Shown: positions 26,245 to 39,561 of the stretch, piece after piece
Numbering within the stretch: position 1 is the first letter of the stretch
Layout: the number at the start of each line of letters is the position of its first letter
Source: Macrostomum lignano
Lineage: Eukaryota
Direction: 5' to 3'
Assembly: GCA_002269645.1 (NCBI GenBank)
Contig: NIVC01003504.1
Coordinates: forward strand, 30,611 to 94,610
DNA length: 64,000 bases
Translations under genes and position numbers: made by a program
Notes under the pieces: model-generated
Told to the model about the DNA's origin: nothing
Database searches by the model: none
What the model saw: only the letters and a program-made list of their open reading frames with translations

Positions 26245-27880
26245 AGGCATAGGCAGGTAGGCAGGTAGATAACTAAGGCAGATAGATAACTAAGACAGGT
26301 AGATAGCTAAGACAGGTAGATAACTAAAACAGGTAGATAACTAAGGCAGGTAGATAACTAAGGCAGGTAGATAACTAAGGCAGGTAGATAACTAAGGCAG
26401 GTAGATAACTAAGGCAGGTAGATAACTAAGACAGGTAGATAACTAAGACAGGTAGATAACTAAGACAGGTAGATAACTAAAACAGGTAGATAACTAAGAC
26501 AGGCAGATAACTAAGACAGGTAGATAACTAAGACAGGTAGATAACTAAGACAGGTAGATAACTAAGACAGGTAGATAACTAAGTAAGGTAGATCGCTAAG
26601 ACAGGTAGATAACTAAGACAGGTAGATCGCTAAGACAGGTAGATAACTAAGACAGGTAGATAACTAAGACAGGTAGACAACTAAGACAGGTAGATAACTA
26701 AGACAGGAAGATAACTAAGTAAGGTAGATAACTAAGACAGGTAGATAACTAAGACAGGAAGATAACTATGACAGGAAGATAACTAAGACAGGTAGATAAC
26801 TAAGACAGGTAGATAACTAAGACTGGTAGATAACTAAGTAAGGTAGATCACTAAGACAGGTAGATCACTAAGACAGGTAGATCACTAAGACAGGTAGATA
26901 ACTAAGACTGGTAGATAACTAAGACAGGTAGATAACTAAGACAGGTAGATAACTAAGACAGGTAGATAACTAAGACAGGTAGATAACTAAGACAGGTAGA
27001 TAACTAAGTAAGGTAGATCGCTAAGACAGGTAGATAACTAAGACAGGTAGATCGCTAAGACAGGTAGATAACTAAGACAGGTAGATAACTAAGACAGGTA
27101 GACAACTAAGACAGGTAGATAACTAAGACAGGTAGATAACTAAGTAAGGTAGATAACTAAGACAGGTAGATAACTAAGACAGGAAGATAACTATGACAGG
27201 AAGATAACTAAGACAGGTAGATAACTAAGACAGGTAGATAACTAAGACTGGTAGATAACTAAGTAAGGTAGATCACTAAGACAGGTAGATCACTAAGACA
27301 GGTAGATCACTAAGACAGGTAGATAACTAAGACTGGTAGATAACTAAGTAAGGTAGATCACTAAGACAGGTAGATAACTAAGACAGGAAGATAACTAAGA
27401 CAGGTAGATAACTAAGACAGGTAGATAACTAAGACAGGTAGATAACTAAGTAAGGTAGATCACTAAGACAGGTAGATAACTAAGACAGGTAGATAACTAA
27501 GACAGGTAGATAACTAAGACAGGTAGATAACTAAGACAGGTAGATAACTAAGACAGGTAGATAACTAAGACAGGTAGATAACTATGACAGGTAGATCACT
27601 AAGACAGGTAGATAACTAAGACAGGTAGATAACTATGACAGGTAGATCACTAAGACAGGTAGATAACTAAGACAGGTAGATAACTATGACAGGTAGATCA
27701 CTAAGACAGGTAGATAACTAAGACAGGTAGATCACTAAGACAGGTAGATAACTAAGACAGGTAGATAACTAAGACAGGTAGATCACTAAGACAGGTAGAT
27801 AACTAAGACAGGTAGATCACTAAGACAGGTAGATAACTAAGACAGGTAGATAACTAAGACAGGTAGATACGAACTACTAA
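26245..27880. repeat. 17-bp minisatellite (TAAGACAGGTAGATAAC)
   Basis: About 1.6 kb of tandem copies with higher-order variant patterning. Confidence 0.95.
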
Positions 27881-28899
27881 GACTAAGATAGACAGGCAGC
27901 TAGACGAAAAGGTAGACAGACAGACAAGCAGACAAACAGTGGACAGCTGTGGTAGACTGGGATGAAATATAGGAGAACAGGAGCTGATCATGCAGATACA
28001 CCGAGAGTTGCTTTGCTTTCTCAAAGAGAATCAGCTTTAGAGACAAAGCCAAAAGCCGGAGACAAGTGAGATCCGGTTGAAAGGCTCCGACTAAACTGAG
28101 TAGAAATGGATACTCAGTTATGAGGTCCGACAGAAGCGCCCGCTGTATTGAACAGAGATAAGCTTTAATCCAGTCATGCTACACACACTGCTATCCCGAG
28201 CTTCTCAAAACTAAATCGAAACACACACACACAGCAGAACTTACCAAGCTATCAAGCGATCGACCTTCAAATGTTCGGAGTTGACTAGCTTTGTATTATA
28301 ATTCGAAACTGTAGTGGTCGCGAGGCCAAGTCCAGACGGAGACGTTGACAGAGATCGAAATTCTGGATGAGCAGTGCTCAAGCAACAGTTTATATATATG
28401 GTTTTGGTGCTCAGCGGGGAGCCCCGACCCGCCAGACTTGATCAACAGGCTCAATGAAATCTGAAGGTCGCAGTGAGCAACAATGGGCCGAGGCGATAGG
28501 CAGCTCAGCGGGAAACTTGTCGGCTGCATGCGCGAGCTGGCGGCGGAGAGCCGGACATGCAAATTGGCCGAGCACCGAGCCACAGGTGCGGACTCGCCAA
28601 GCGCCCTGCCCGCTGCGCTGCGGGATTCGCAGCTGTTGCTGCTGGCAGCCAAACCACACGGCCATGCAGTGAAACTCGGGGGCTGCTAATGCCGAGCAGC
28701 GGGGGTCCGGAGTCAGTTTGAGACACTCGCTGACCTCATGCGAGCATTATTGATTCATAAATCAGTAGGAAATTTGCTTACATACCCTGGGGATTTGGTT
28801 TGGGACATCTGCCGCGAGTATTAGAGGTTTAATTCCTGTATGAAAGCATAAACTGTACATTGTGTGGCTGCGTGGGGTTGTGGAGGCGGAGGCATAGGG

Positions 28900-29800
28900 A
28901 TTAGTGACTTGGTGCACAGGGGTCATAGAGGGTTGGTCACAACGATGAGTGATTAGTGGCACAATGGTCATAGAGAATTGGTCATAACGATAAGTGATTT
29001 GTGGCACAGGGGTTATAGAGGGTTGGTCATAAAGATAAGCGATTAGTGGCACAGGGGTCATAGAGAATTGGTCATAACGATAAGTGATTTGTGGCACAGG
29101 GGTCATAGAGGGTTGGTCATAACGATGAGTGATTAGTGGCACAGGGGTCATAGAGGGTTGGTCACAACGATGAGTGATTAGTGGCACAATGGTCATAGAG
29201 AATTGGTCATAACGATAAGTGATTTGTGGCACAGGGGTTATAGAGGGTTGGTCATAAAGATAAGCGATTAGTGGCACAGGGGTCATAGAGAATTGGTCAT
29301 AACGATAAGTGATTTGTGGCACAGGGGTCATAGAGGGTTGGTCATAACGATGAGTGATTAGTGGCACAGGGGTCATAGAGGGTTGGTCATAACGATGAGT
29401 GATTAGTGGCACAGGGTCATAGAGGGTTGGTCATAACGATGAGTGATTAGTGGCACAGGGGTCATAGAGGGTTGGTCATAACGATGAGTGATTAGTGGCA
29501 CAGGGGTCATAGAGGGTTGGTCATAACGATGAGTGATTAGTGGCACAGGGGTCATAGAGGGTTGGTCATAACGATGAGTGATTAGTGGCACAGGGGTCAT
29601 AGAGGGTTGGTCATAACGATGAGTGATTAGTGGCACAGGGGTCATAGAGGGTTGGTCATAAATATGAATGATTTGAGGCACAGGGGTCATAGAGGGTTGG
29701 TCATAACGATGAGTGATTAGTGGCACAGGGGTCATAGAGGGTTGGTCATAACGATGAGTGATTAGTGGCACAGGGGTCATAGAGGATTGGTCATACCGAA
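28900..29800. repeat. 45-bp minisatellite (GGGGTCATAGAGGGTTGGTCATAACGATGAGTGATTAGTGGCACA)
   Basis: Direct tandem copies. Confidence 0.95.
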
Positions 29801-29989
29801 GAGTGACTAGTGAACAGGGATTCATAGGGGGTGTGGTCAGAACCATTTTCATACAGAGGCCATAAATGGCGTTATCATAACAGTGAGTGTACATGGAGTC
29901 GTACATGTACATGTAACAGGAAGATTCATATTGATTATTCATAGTTTATCAACTAGTGTCATGGCAAATGGAACCACAACAATTAGTTT

Positions 29990-30610
29990 GCAAGCCAAAA
30001 GGTCATGGTTGAGGGTCATAACGCTTAGTGCTTGCAGGAGTCATTGGTGATTGGTCATAATGCTTAGTGTCTGCAGAACTCATGGGTGAAGGGTCATAAT
30101 GCTTAATGTCTACAGAGGTCATGGGTGATGAGTCATAACGTTTAGGTCTGAGTGGTCATAAGTTATAAGTCATAATGCCTAGTGTCTGCAGAGGTCATGG
30201 GAGATGGGTCATAATGTTTAGTGTCTGCAGGGTCATGTGAGATTGGTCATAATGTTTGTGTCTGCAGAGGTCATGGGAGATTGGTCATAATGCTTAGTGT
30301 CTGCAGAAATCATGGGTGAAGGGTCAATGTTTAATGTCTTCAGAGGTCATGGGTGATGGGTCATAATGCTTAGTGTCTGCAGAGGTTATAGGTGAGGGGT
30401 CATAATGTTTAATGTCTTCAGAGGTCATGGGCGATGGGTCATAATGCTTAGTGTCTGCAGAGGTCATGGGTGATGAGTCATAACGTTTAGGTCTGAGTGG
30501 TCATAAGTTATAAGTCATAATGTTTAGTGTCTGCAGAGGTCATGGGAGATGGGTCATAATGCTTAGTGTCTGCAGAGGTTATTGGTGAGGGGTCATAATG
30601 CTTAAGCTTA
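29990..30610. repeat. Degenerate ~39-bp repeat (GGTCATAATGCTTAGTGTCTGCAGAGGTCATGGGTGATG)
   Basis: Diverged tandem copies. Confidence 0.85.
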
Positions 30611-31699
30611 AGCATAATCATTATGCTTATGATGCCTAGTGCACAGGGGTCATGTCAATTGGCCTGAATGAGGGTCCAAATAAACGCATCATGTCAGAGC
30701 CCCTAGGTTCGATTCCGCCAAACACCAGCAACTGGGCAGACGTGTCGCCCTGGAAATCAAAAAACACCGTTGGCAATTGGCACAATAGTGAAGGATTTTC
30801 CGTTTAAACGAGAAGGCACTCATAACAATTATGGAGCCGGCTTCTCAGTCAGTAAAAGCTATGAATAATAACAATAGTATATTTAGTATGACAAAAAGCA
30901 GTTTATTTATTTAAATAAAAAAGCGGCTCCTTGGACACTCGCGCGGTGCCATATAGTTCTATATACAGCGAGTGCCACTGACGAACAGGGGGAATGAAGC
31001 AGGAATACCAGAGCAGCGGCTCTCAGCTGGAATTTCCACCGACTCTGCGCACAGTAAACAGGCAGGCACACAGACACACACAGGGAGACAAAGGAAAGCG
31101 AAAACAGACTCCACAGGCCACGCGCGATGAGGAAAATTAAGGGGAGGGGGCTGAAAAGTTCCGCTCAATAGAGCAGTTCAATAGAGGCAGAAGGCACAGA
31201 TTAGAGCAGGCCAAGACACTTGCAGACAGCAATATTTATTTGAAAGTAACAACTAAAATAAAAAAAAAACAATTAGCGCAAAATCAAACGGATGCACACA
31301 AAAGTAGAAGACTGCCCTGACTGCCTACTAACAGTAAGTAGAGCGGGCGGGGACGCTCTTCAATCTTTAATAACTTTCCTACAAAAGACACAAAATTACA
31401 AAAGTACACGGACAGACAAAACAACCCCCAGCTTGGCTGAGGAGACAAAGGTGTGTAAGCGGGGGGTGTAAGTGAAAAGTGCCGGCGATTCAGTCAGAAG
31501 TTTTTTTTAATAAAAGGCAGCGCAAAACAAGATCAATTAATTCAGGACAGAAGGAATGTGGAATGAAAGCTGGCTTGCCGCTCGGTTGGAAAATGGCACC
31601 GACTGCTTGATGGCACTTTGGGAGCTGTGCACAATTTTGTTAATAATAGCAGTAATTTTAATTTTTCACCTGTTCAAAATGGCATCCACGTCTAAAGCT

Positions 31700-32550
31700 G
31701 ACGTTTCAATCAATAAACTGACATTCCCAAGAAATAAACTGACATCAATAATCAATAAACAGACATCTAGATCAATAAACTGACATTTCCAATCAATAAA
31801 CTGACATTCCCAATCAATAAACTGACATTCCCAAGCAATAAACTGACATTCCCAAGCAATAAACTGACATTTCCAATCAATAAACTGACATTCCCAAGCA
31901 ATAAACTGACATTCCAAATCAATAAACTGACATTCCCAAGCAATAAACTGACATTCCCAAGCAATAAACTGACATTTCCAATCAATAAACAGACATCTAG
32001 ATCAATAAACAGACATCTAGATCAATAAACTGACATTTCCAATCAATAAACTGACATTCCCAATCAATAAACTGACATTCCCAAGCAATAAACTGACATT
32101 CCCAAGCAATAAACTGACATTTCCAATCAATAAACTGACATTCCCAAGCAATAAACTGACATTCCAAATCAATAAACTGACATTCCCAAGCAATAAACTG
32201 ACATTCCAAATCAATAAACTGACATTCCCAAACAATAAACTGACATTCCAAATCAATAAACTGACATTCCCAAGCAATAAACTGAAATTCCCAAGCAATA
32301 AACTGACATTCCAAATCAATAAACTGACATTTCCAATCAATAAACTGACATTCCCAAGCAATAAACTGACATTTCCAATCAATAAACTGACATTTCCAAG
32401 CAATAAACTGACATTCCAAATCAATAAACTGACATTCCCAATCAATAAACTGACATTCCCAATCAATAAACTGACATTTCCAATCAATAAACTGACATTC
32501 CCAATCAATAAACTGACATTTCCAATCAATAAACTGACATTCACAATCAA
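31700..32550. repeat. 21-bp minisatellite (CAATAAACTGACATTCCCAAG)
   Basis: Direct tandem copies. Confidence 0.95.
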
Positions 32551-33512
32551 TAAACAGACACCAAACTGAATTTAAATTTAAATTTGGTGTCAGTTTATAT
32601 AAAGAATTATTTAAATTTAAGTAAAATGCTCAACCTTTTCTCAGCTTGAAACAAATGAACTCAGCCACCGAATTTAAACCACTAAAAGTAGCATCATCTT
32701 AAACTGTGTTTTAAGTAACGAAAATGAGCAAAATTCTGAATTAATAAAACAAAGGAAACAAATTCTACAATAAAAGTCAGTCTCAGGCACTCTGGAATCC
32801 GGACAGAAAAAATCTTTGACTAAAGAAATGTCAGCAAAGGGTGCGCGGTTCTAATCAGGATGCAGTTCTACCAATAGCAAACAATGTAGCATTTCCACAA
32901 AAATGTAAATTGCTTGTAAAATTAAAAAAGGGATAAAATTCAAAATCTTATAATACAGAGGCTGGGGTAGCACGCCACAAAAACTGGTTAAGTACAAAAC
33001 ACGCTTCAAAAGGAATAAGCGGCACATTTTGTACAGAAGGCCCCGCTTAACAATGGCATATTTTAGATTAAAAGTACACATGACGCGTAGCTGTACAATG
33101 CGCAACTCATGACACATACTACTGACAAGGTAAGTAGCTTCAACGCGAGCTAGCGACCAGGCTGCCAGAGAATTTTTATTAGCTAAGCTAAGTAGAAAAA
33201 GTGAGAAAAAGCTCAATAATTGCGCATCAATACATATTAATGACGGATGAAGCAGACAGTTGAGCAGCTGCCGCGATTCGCTATGCAGTCTGATACAGAT
33301 GGGGACAAAGGTTCAAATAGTGAGACAGTGGAATTCTGGAGAAGCAGACAGACAAACTCGTCAGACAAATTGAGCTGCATACCAGCCAGCCACTGACACG
33401 CAGTAATAGAGAAAACTGCATCTGCGGGGATGCGAGCCGGAGAGGCTCCGACAGACAGCGGGCGCAGGCCCCAGCAGAGCTGATTGGTTTCTAGGAAAAG
33501 GGGCGAGGCCGA

Positions 33513-36500
33513 TCAGCTGTGCGATGGCGATACCGCCTTGGTCAGGGCGTGGGGCGGCGGCTGCAGCTGGTCGGAGGCGGTCGGCGTTGCAGCCGAGCCG
33601 CTTGTCGGAATCGGCGACGCCGGTAACGGGACAGCTGAGGACGTCGATAAGCTGGCAGAAGCCGCGGGCATCGTCAAGGCGACCGAGGTCGACGAAGGCT
33701 GCGAATGCGAAAGCGCAGCTACGGCAGACGGCGGCGCTCCGAAGCGGTTCATAGCGACGAATCGGCTGTTCTCCAGCCGGGTGATCAGCCGCTCGTCCTC
33801 CTGGCAGGCCTGGCCGCCCATCAGGCCGGGCTCGCCGACCACCATCACTTCGCCAGGTTGCGCCGGGTCCATCGGCTGCGGCATCGACGGGCGCGCCTGG
33901 CCCGAAGCCGCCGCCGCTGCGGCTCCCGCATTCCGCTTCCGGCCGCCACCTCCGCGACCGCCGCCGCCAGTCGGCTTGGCCTCTCCGCCGGTGGCCAAGT
34001 TGTTCTCGGCCGTGTTTTTCGTCCGCTTGCGCGACCTCGGCACTTTGGCGCCGGCGCCGCCACGCGCTTTGCCACTGGTCGCGGGCGCTGCTGCGACTGC
34101 AACGCCGCCCGGCGCGACGGCTGGGACAGCGGTGGGGCCGCCGTGGAGCCCGGCGACAACGAATCCGCTGCTGACATCGCCCCCGGGGCCGCTGGGCATT
34201 CGCTGCCAGCGCTGCTGCAGCATCTGGAAAGGGTCGAGTTGAATTCACAGAGCTTATTCACAATCGGGATGGGAGCTTATTCACAATCGGGATGGGAGCT
34301 TATTCACAGGAATGGGAGCTTATTCACAGGAATGGGAGCTTATTCACAGGAATGGGAGCTTATTCACAATCGGGATGGGAGCTTATTCACAGGAATGGGA
34401 GCTTATTCACAGGAATGAGAGCTTATTCACAACAGGAATGGGAGCTTATTCACAACAGGAATGGGAGCTTATTCACAGGAATGAGAGCTTATTCACAGGA
34501 ATGGGAGCTTATTCACAGGAATGAGAGCTTATTCACAGGAATGGGAGCTTATTCACAATAGGAATGGAGCTTATTCACAGGAATGGGAGCTTATTCACAA
34601 CAGGAATGGGAGCTTATTCACAGGAATGGGAGCTTATTCACAGGAATGAGAGCTTATTCACAGGAATGGGAGCTTATTCACAGGAATGGGAGCTTATTCA
34701 CAGGAATGGGAGCTTATTCACAGGAATGCGAGTTTATTCATAGGAATGGGAGCTTATTCACAGGAATAGGAGCTTATTCACAATAGGAATGGAGCTTATT
34801 CACAGGAATGGGAGCTTATTCACAACAGGAATGGGAGCTTATTCACAGGAATGGGAGCTTATTCACAGGAATGAGAGCTTATTTACAGGAATGGGAGCTT
34901 ATTCACAGGAATGGGAGTTTATTCATAGGAATGGGAGCTTATTCACAGGAATGGGAGCTTATTCACAGGAATGAGAGCTTATTCACAGGAATGAGAGCTT
35001 ATTCACAGGAATGGGAGCTTTTTCACTAAAGAAATGGGAGCTTATTCACAACAGGAATGGGGCCTTATTCACAACAGGAATGGGAGCTTATTCACAAAAG
35101 AAATGGGAGCTTATTCACAACAGGAATGGGAGCTTATTCACAACAGGAATGGGAGCTTATTCACAACAGGAATGGGACCTTAGTCACAACAGGAATGGGA
35201 CCTTATTCACAACAGGAATGGGAGCTTATTCACAAAAGAAATGGGAGCTTATACACAACAGGAATGGGACCTTATTCACAACAGGAATGGGAGCTTATTT
35301 ACAACAGGAATGGGAGCTTATTCACAAAAGAAATGGGAGCTTATTCACAACAGGAATGGGAGCTTATTCACAAAAGAAATGGGAGCTTATTCACAACAGG
35401 AATGGGAGCTTATTCACAACAGGAATGGGACCCTATTCACAACAGGAATGGGAGCTTATTCACAACAGGAATGGGAGCTTATTCACAACAGGAATGGGAC
35501 CTTATTCACAACAGGAATGGGAGCTTATTCACAACAGGAATGGGACCTCATTCACAACAGGAATGGGACCTTATTCACAACAGGAATGGGACCTTATTCA
35601 CAACAGGAATGGGACCTTATTCACAACAGGAATGGGAGCTTATTCACAACAGGAATGAGAACTTGTTCACAACGGTGACGAAAGCTGGTTCTTTGACCAT
35701 TGGAAGCAGTGAAAAAGTGAGCAGTGAACGCACCTGTTTTAAGCACTCCCTGGGCTCCAGGTCGCTGCACTTTTGCAAAGCCATCATCGCTTGCATCGGC
35801 TCCAGCACGGTGCTGGCCTGCAGCATGTGCACCACCTGAGGTGGCAGGCCCGCTTTGCTGACGGGCTTGGCTGTTGACAAGGGCAGACACGAAGGTCCGT
35901 TGCTACCCGACTGATGAGGCATAAGAGGCTGCTGCTGCGCGTGAGAGCGTGGCAGGAGCTCGTTGTAGCCTCGAATATCCATGCGCCATAGGCGAATTCT
36001 GGCGCGCTCGTTCCAGGCGAACTCCAGCACCAGCCGGATGTCCGCTAGCACCTGGGGGGGGGGCAAATTAAAAACAGACACATTATTAGTGGCCCCAGTC
36101 CAGAGACTGCTCACCTTGCACAGACACAGAATGGCCCCAGTTTAGAGACTGCTCACCTTGCACAGACAGAATGGCCCCAGTTTAGAGACTGCTCACCTTG
36201 CACAGACACAGAATGGCCCCAGTTTAGAGACTGCTCACCTTGCACAGACACAGAATGGCCCCAGTTTAGAGACTGCTCACCTTGCACAGACACAGAATGG
36301 CCCCAGTTTAGAGACTGCTCACCTTGCACAGACACAGAATGGCCCCAGTTTAGAGACTGCTCACCTTGCACAGACATAGAATGGCCCCAGTCCAGAGACT
36401 GCTCACCTTGCACAGACACAGAGTGGCCCCAGTCCAGAGACTGCTCACCTTGCACAGACACAGAGTGGCCCCAGTCCAGAGACTGCTCACCTTGCACAGA

Positions 36501-37234
36501 CACAGAGTGGCCCCAGTCCAGAGACTGCTCACCTTGCACAGACACAGAGTGGCCCCAGTCCAGAGACTGCTCACCTTGCACAGACACAGAGTGGCCCCAG
36601 TCCAGAGACTGCTCACCTTGCACAGACACAGAGTGGCCCCAGTCCAGAGACTGCTCACCTTGCACAGACACAGAGTGGCCCCAGTCCAGAGACTGCTCAC
36701 CTTGCACAGACACGGCTGGTTCCGCACATAGCTCGTCACCAGCTCTGCCGCATCGCAGGTCAGCACCAATGTCGGAGGCAGATGCGGCGCCGGTGACTGC
36801 ATCAGCATCTCATGCGGCGCCCGCAGCCACAGATAAGCCTCCTCGCAGGCGTCCATCAGCTGATGAAAGAAGCGCGGTATTAAACTCCGGCCGATGCAGT
36901 AGGATTTGGGCGGCAGGGCTACTCCGTCCTCCTCCATCAGCGACACCTGAAGCTGGGCGTCGTCCTCGAAGAATTCAGCACCGAACGCGTCCCACCAGAG
37001 CATCGGGGTGTCGCGAGGCCGCTGGGTCAGCCTGTTGTTCAAGTCGTGCACCCGCAGGTCGCCGCTGGTTTGTCCCGGACCCATCGGCCCAGGCGGCGGG
37101 CCGGGCACGAAGGTGTGCGGCGGGAGCGGCGGCCGCATCGTTGGTGGGTGAAGATGCTGGCCATGGTGCAGCATGGGGTGAAGATGCTGGGGCGGCGGTG
37201 GCGGCGGCGGCGGCCCGGGCGGCCCAGTCCGCAT
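33513..37234 (-). CDS. LDB1: LIM-domain-binding protein (LDB1/LDB2/Chip)
   Basis: Exons 37234-36701, 36051-35734 and 34223-33513 (1563 nt, in frame). Dimerisation domain LRVHDLNNRL..WWDAFGAEFFEDDA..YCIGRSLIPRFF; LCCD-region VLEPMQAMM..LEPRECLKQ; LIM-interaction domain EVMVVGEPGLMGGQACQEDERLITRLEN. An acceptor near 37341 suggests a further upstream exon. Confidence 0.93.
34245..35665. repeat. 20-24-bp minisatellite (GGAATGGGAGCTTATTCACA[ACA]) in LDB intron 2
   Basis: Direct tandem copies. Confidence 0.95.
36090..36712. repeat. 42-bp minisatellite in LDB intron 1 built from the exon/intron junction
   Basis: Unit (- strand) CTGTGTCTGTGCAAG|GTGAGCAGTCTCTGGACTGGGGCCACT; 15 copies of the donor motif. 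Confidence 0.95.
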
Positions 37235-38229
37235 GAAGTAGACAGGATCCAGAATTGTGGCAGGCTGGTAGCCTGTGATTTTGTGCCCGCAGCGCTGCTT
37301 GTGAATGACGACAGGGCTGCCGACGCACTGCTGACAGCCGCTGTGGGGTAAAGCAAGGATGCTTTAAAGAAATGCATGATAATGAATGCAAATAGGTAAT
37401 ATTTGTGATACTAGTATGTTATCATATCCTTTTGCCTTTTAACTTTCTTGTACATCTATGAACTAACTGTTTATTTCCTCTTATGCTGTTGCCAATAAAA
37501 GTTCAGCATATTTCTTTTAAAAATTCTTTCAATTTTTTTTACTTTCTTCTAATTTAGATGAAGTTATTGTCTTTCTACTCTATATAATATTTAGCAAATT
37601 ATTTGGTATTTCTGCTATTAAATTAAGTTACAAAGTTGATGAATTTCATTATAATATACAAATGAAACAATAAAAAAGAATATAATAGAATATTTGCTTA
37701 ACAGAGTAAAAAGATAGACACATGATTTTTATTGTCCATTCAACATAGCAATTTTTATAGATGTATTGACTGTATCTTGAAGGTAATTGTAGATAGCCTA
37801 CCAGTAACACTAACTAGGAGAAAGTTGAGGTAGTAGCCAAGCTGCTTGCTAAGGACTGTTAGATTCAAGTTGCCACAAATTATGCATACTCTAGGCATCT
37901 TAGCTAGGTTAATAAATGAGATCCTATGCCAAATCCTAAGGTAAAACAAGATCAGTGCCTAATACTCGTAGATGCCCTAAATGGTTTTATAAGACCATAA
38001 GCAGAACTTACTCAGCTCTTATTGGCTTATGCTTGGACTTCTACAATGAGAATCTAGATAGATTTGAATGACAAATCATAACTAAAGATAAGTGCTAGAT
38101 CTACCACTATGACCTCAAGTCTATTCTATATTCATTGAGTGCAAGATTCTATAGTGACAGTGCCCTTGGATAGAGAAAGGACCTTTGCAAGTTCAAGTAA
38201 GCAAAGTTGGCTAGCAAGATCTTAGACTA

Positions 38230-39561
38230 CGAGGGGCATTCAAAAAGTTTTGGCAACTGCATATGCAGATATACTTTGGCTCAAGCAAAACGCACTAAAT
38301 TTTAGGGACATTTTTAGTAACATGCCTGAGACCACCATATAAATTTTCAGCTCAATGGCTTCACCCGTTATTGCACAATTCACACCTAACCATACCTACG
38401 TTTCAGCTTCTGACAAATTATGGAAAATATCAGCTCAGAAAACACGCGCTTCTACATCTTCATGCGCGCACAACTTGGAGAAAACGCCACCAAAATCCAT
38501 GCCAACTTAGCACAGGTGATAGGGGATCAAGCTCCATCTTATCGCACCGTTGCGCGATGGATTGAGGCTTTTGGCGCCGGCAGGAGCAGCCTCTGTGACG
38601 ACCCTCGATCGGGGAGGCCGAGCACAGCCGTGACCAAGAACAACATTGACGCTGTGCAATCGCTGGTGGCTGAGGACCCAAACATTTCTGTTGCCATGCT
38701 GAGCCAGACACTTGACATATCTGAGGGCAGCGTTTTCACCATCCTGCATGAGCAGCTGGGGCTCAGGAAGATCACAGCTCGTTGGGTGCCACATCAGCTC
38801 ACTGAGGAGCAGCGCCAGGAGCGGGTTCGCTGCAGTCAGGAGTTCTTGCGCTGCTTCGGTTCTGGCGGCACCAAGCGCCTCTCTGACATTGTCACCGGTG
38901 ACGAGAAGTGGTTTTACTACTTCCAGGTGCCCAACAAGAGCCAGAACAAGGTTTGGACTGGCGCAGATGAAGAGCGTCCAACAGTTCTGCGATCAGGATT
39001 TCGCTCACGCAAGCAGATGTTCGTTGTGTTCTTCAGCATCTGTGGCCCAGTAGCTGTTGTCATGGTGCCCAAAGGCCAGAATGTGAACGCCAGCTTCTAC
39101 ACCAGCACTGCCCTGCCAGCTGTCGTTGATTTCGTGCGGCAAAATCAACGCACGCGCTTGGAGTCAGGTCGCATCCACCTTTACCATGACAATGCGTCAA
39201 GCCATACTGCGGCGATGACTTCAGCATTTCTGGAGGAGAACCGGCTGAAAACCGTTCGCCACCCGCCCTACAGCCCGGACTTGGCTCCGTGCGACTTCTG
39301 GGCCTTCCCGAAACTGACCGAGAGGCTGGCTGGGCGCCAATTTCAGAGGCCGCAAGACCTGGCGCGCGCTATCAATTCAGAGTTGAGGGCATTCACTGAA
39401 TCGGAGTACCGCGGCGCCTTTGATTCGTGGCTACGGAGGCATCAGAAGTGCATAGAGCGCGGCGGAGACTACATAGAAGGACTGTAAACCCTTACTTTTA
39501 GAATAATGAGCTTGCACTAGATTTTAGTAGCCTGTTGCCAAAACTTTTTGAATACCCCTCG
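38230..39561 (+). mobile_element. Full-length mariner (Tc1/mariner, DD34D) DNA transposon
   Basis: 28-bp TIRs CGAGGGGCATTCAAAAAGTTTTGGCAAC / GTTGCCAAAACTTTTTGAATACCCCTCG (1 mismatch), TA duplicated on both sides, 1332 bp. Confidence 0.96.
38420..39487 (+). CDS. Mariner transposase, 355 aa, uninterrupted
   Basis: WVPHQL, IVTGDEKW, YHDNASSH and HPPYSPDLAPCDF motifs; 34 residues between the second and third Asp. Confidence 0.96.
   Translation: MENISSENTRFYIFMRAQLGENATKIHANLAQVIGDQAPSYRTVARWIEAFGAGRSSLCDDPRSGRPSTAVTKNNIDAVQSLVAEDPNISVAMLSQTLDISEGSVFTILHEQLGLRKITARWVPHQLTEEQRQERVRCSQEFLRCFGSGGTKRLSDIVTGDEKWFYYFQVPNKSQNKVWTGADEERPTVLRSGFRSRKQMFVVFFSICGPVAVVMVPKGQNVNASFYTSTALPAVVDFVRQNQRTRLESGRIHLYHDNASSHTAAMTSAFLEENRLKTVRHPPYSPDLAPCDFWAFPKLTERLAGRQFQRPQDLARAINSELRAFTESEYRGAFDSWLRRHQKCIERGGDYIEGL

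Noticed and set aside
28296-28740. PR/SET domain exon of the PRDM16-like gene
   Set aside because: Only a faint resemblance (LRIPQRSGQGAW); no convincing SET motifs or consistent splice path. It could equally be a promoter or non-coding first exon (TATATAAA near 28390, donor near 28243).
30655-30722. tRNA gene (GGTTCGATTCC B-box with a possible A-box)
   Set aside because: No acceptor or anticodon stem pairing could be built; at most a SINE or Pol III remnant
128-32550. Repeat arrays as CRISPR loci
   Set aside because: Head-to-tail units with no unique spacers, no cas genes and a eukaryotic spliced-gene context
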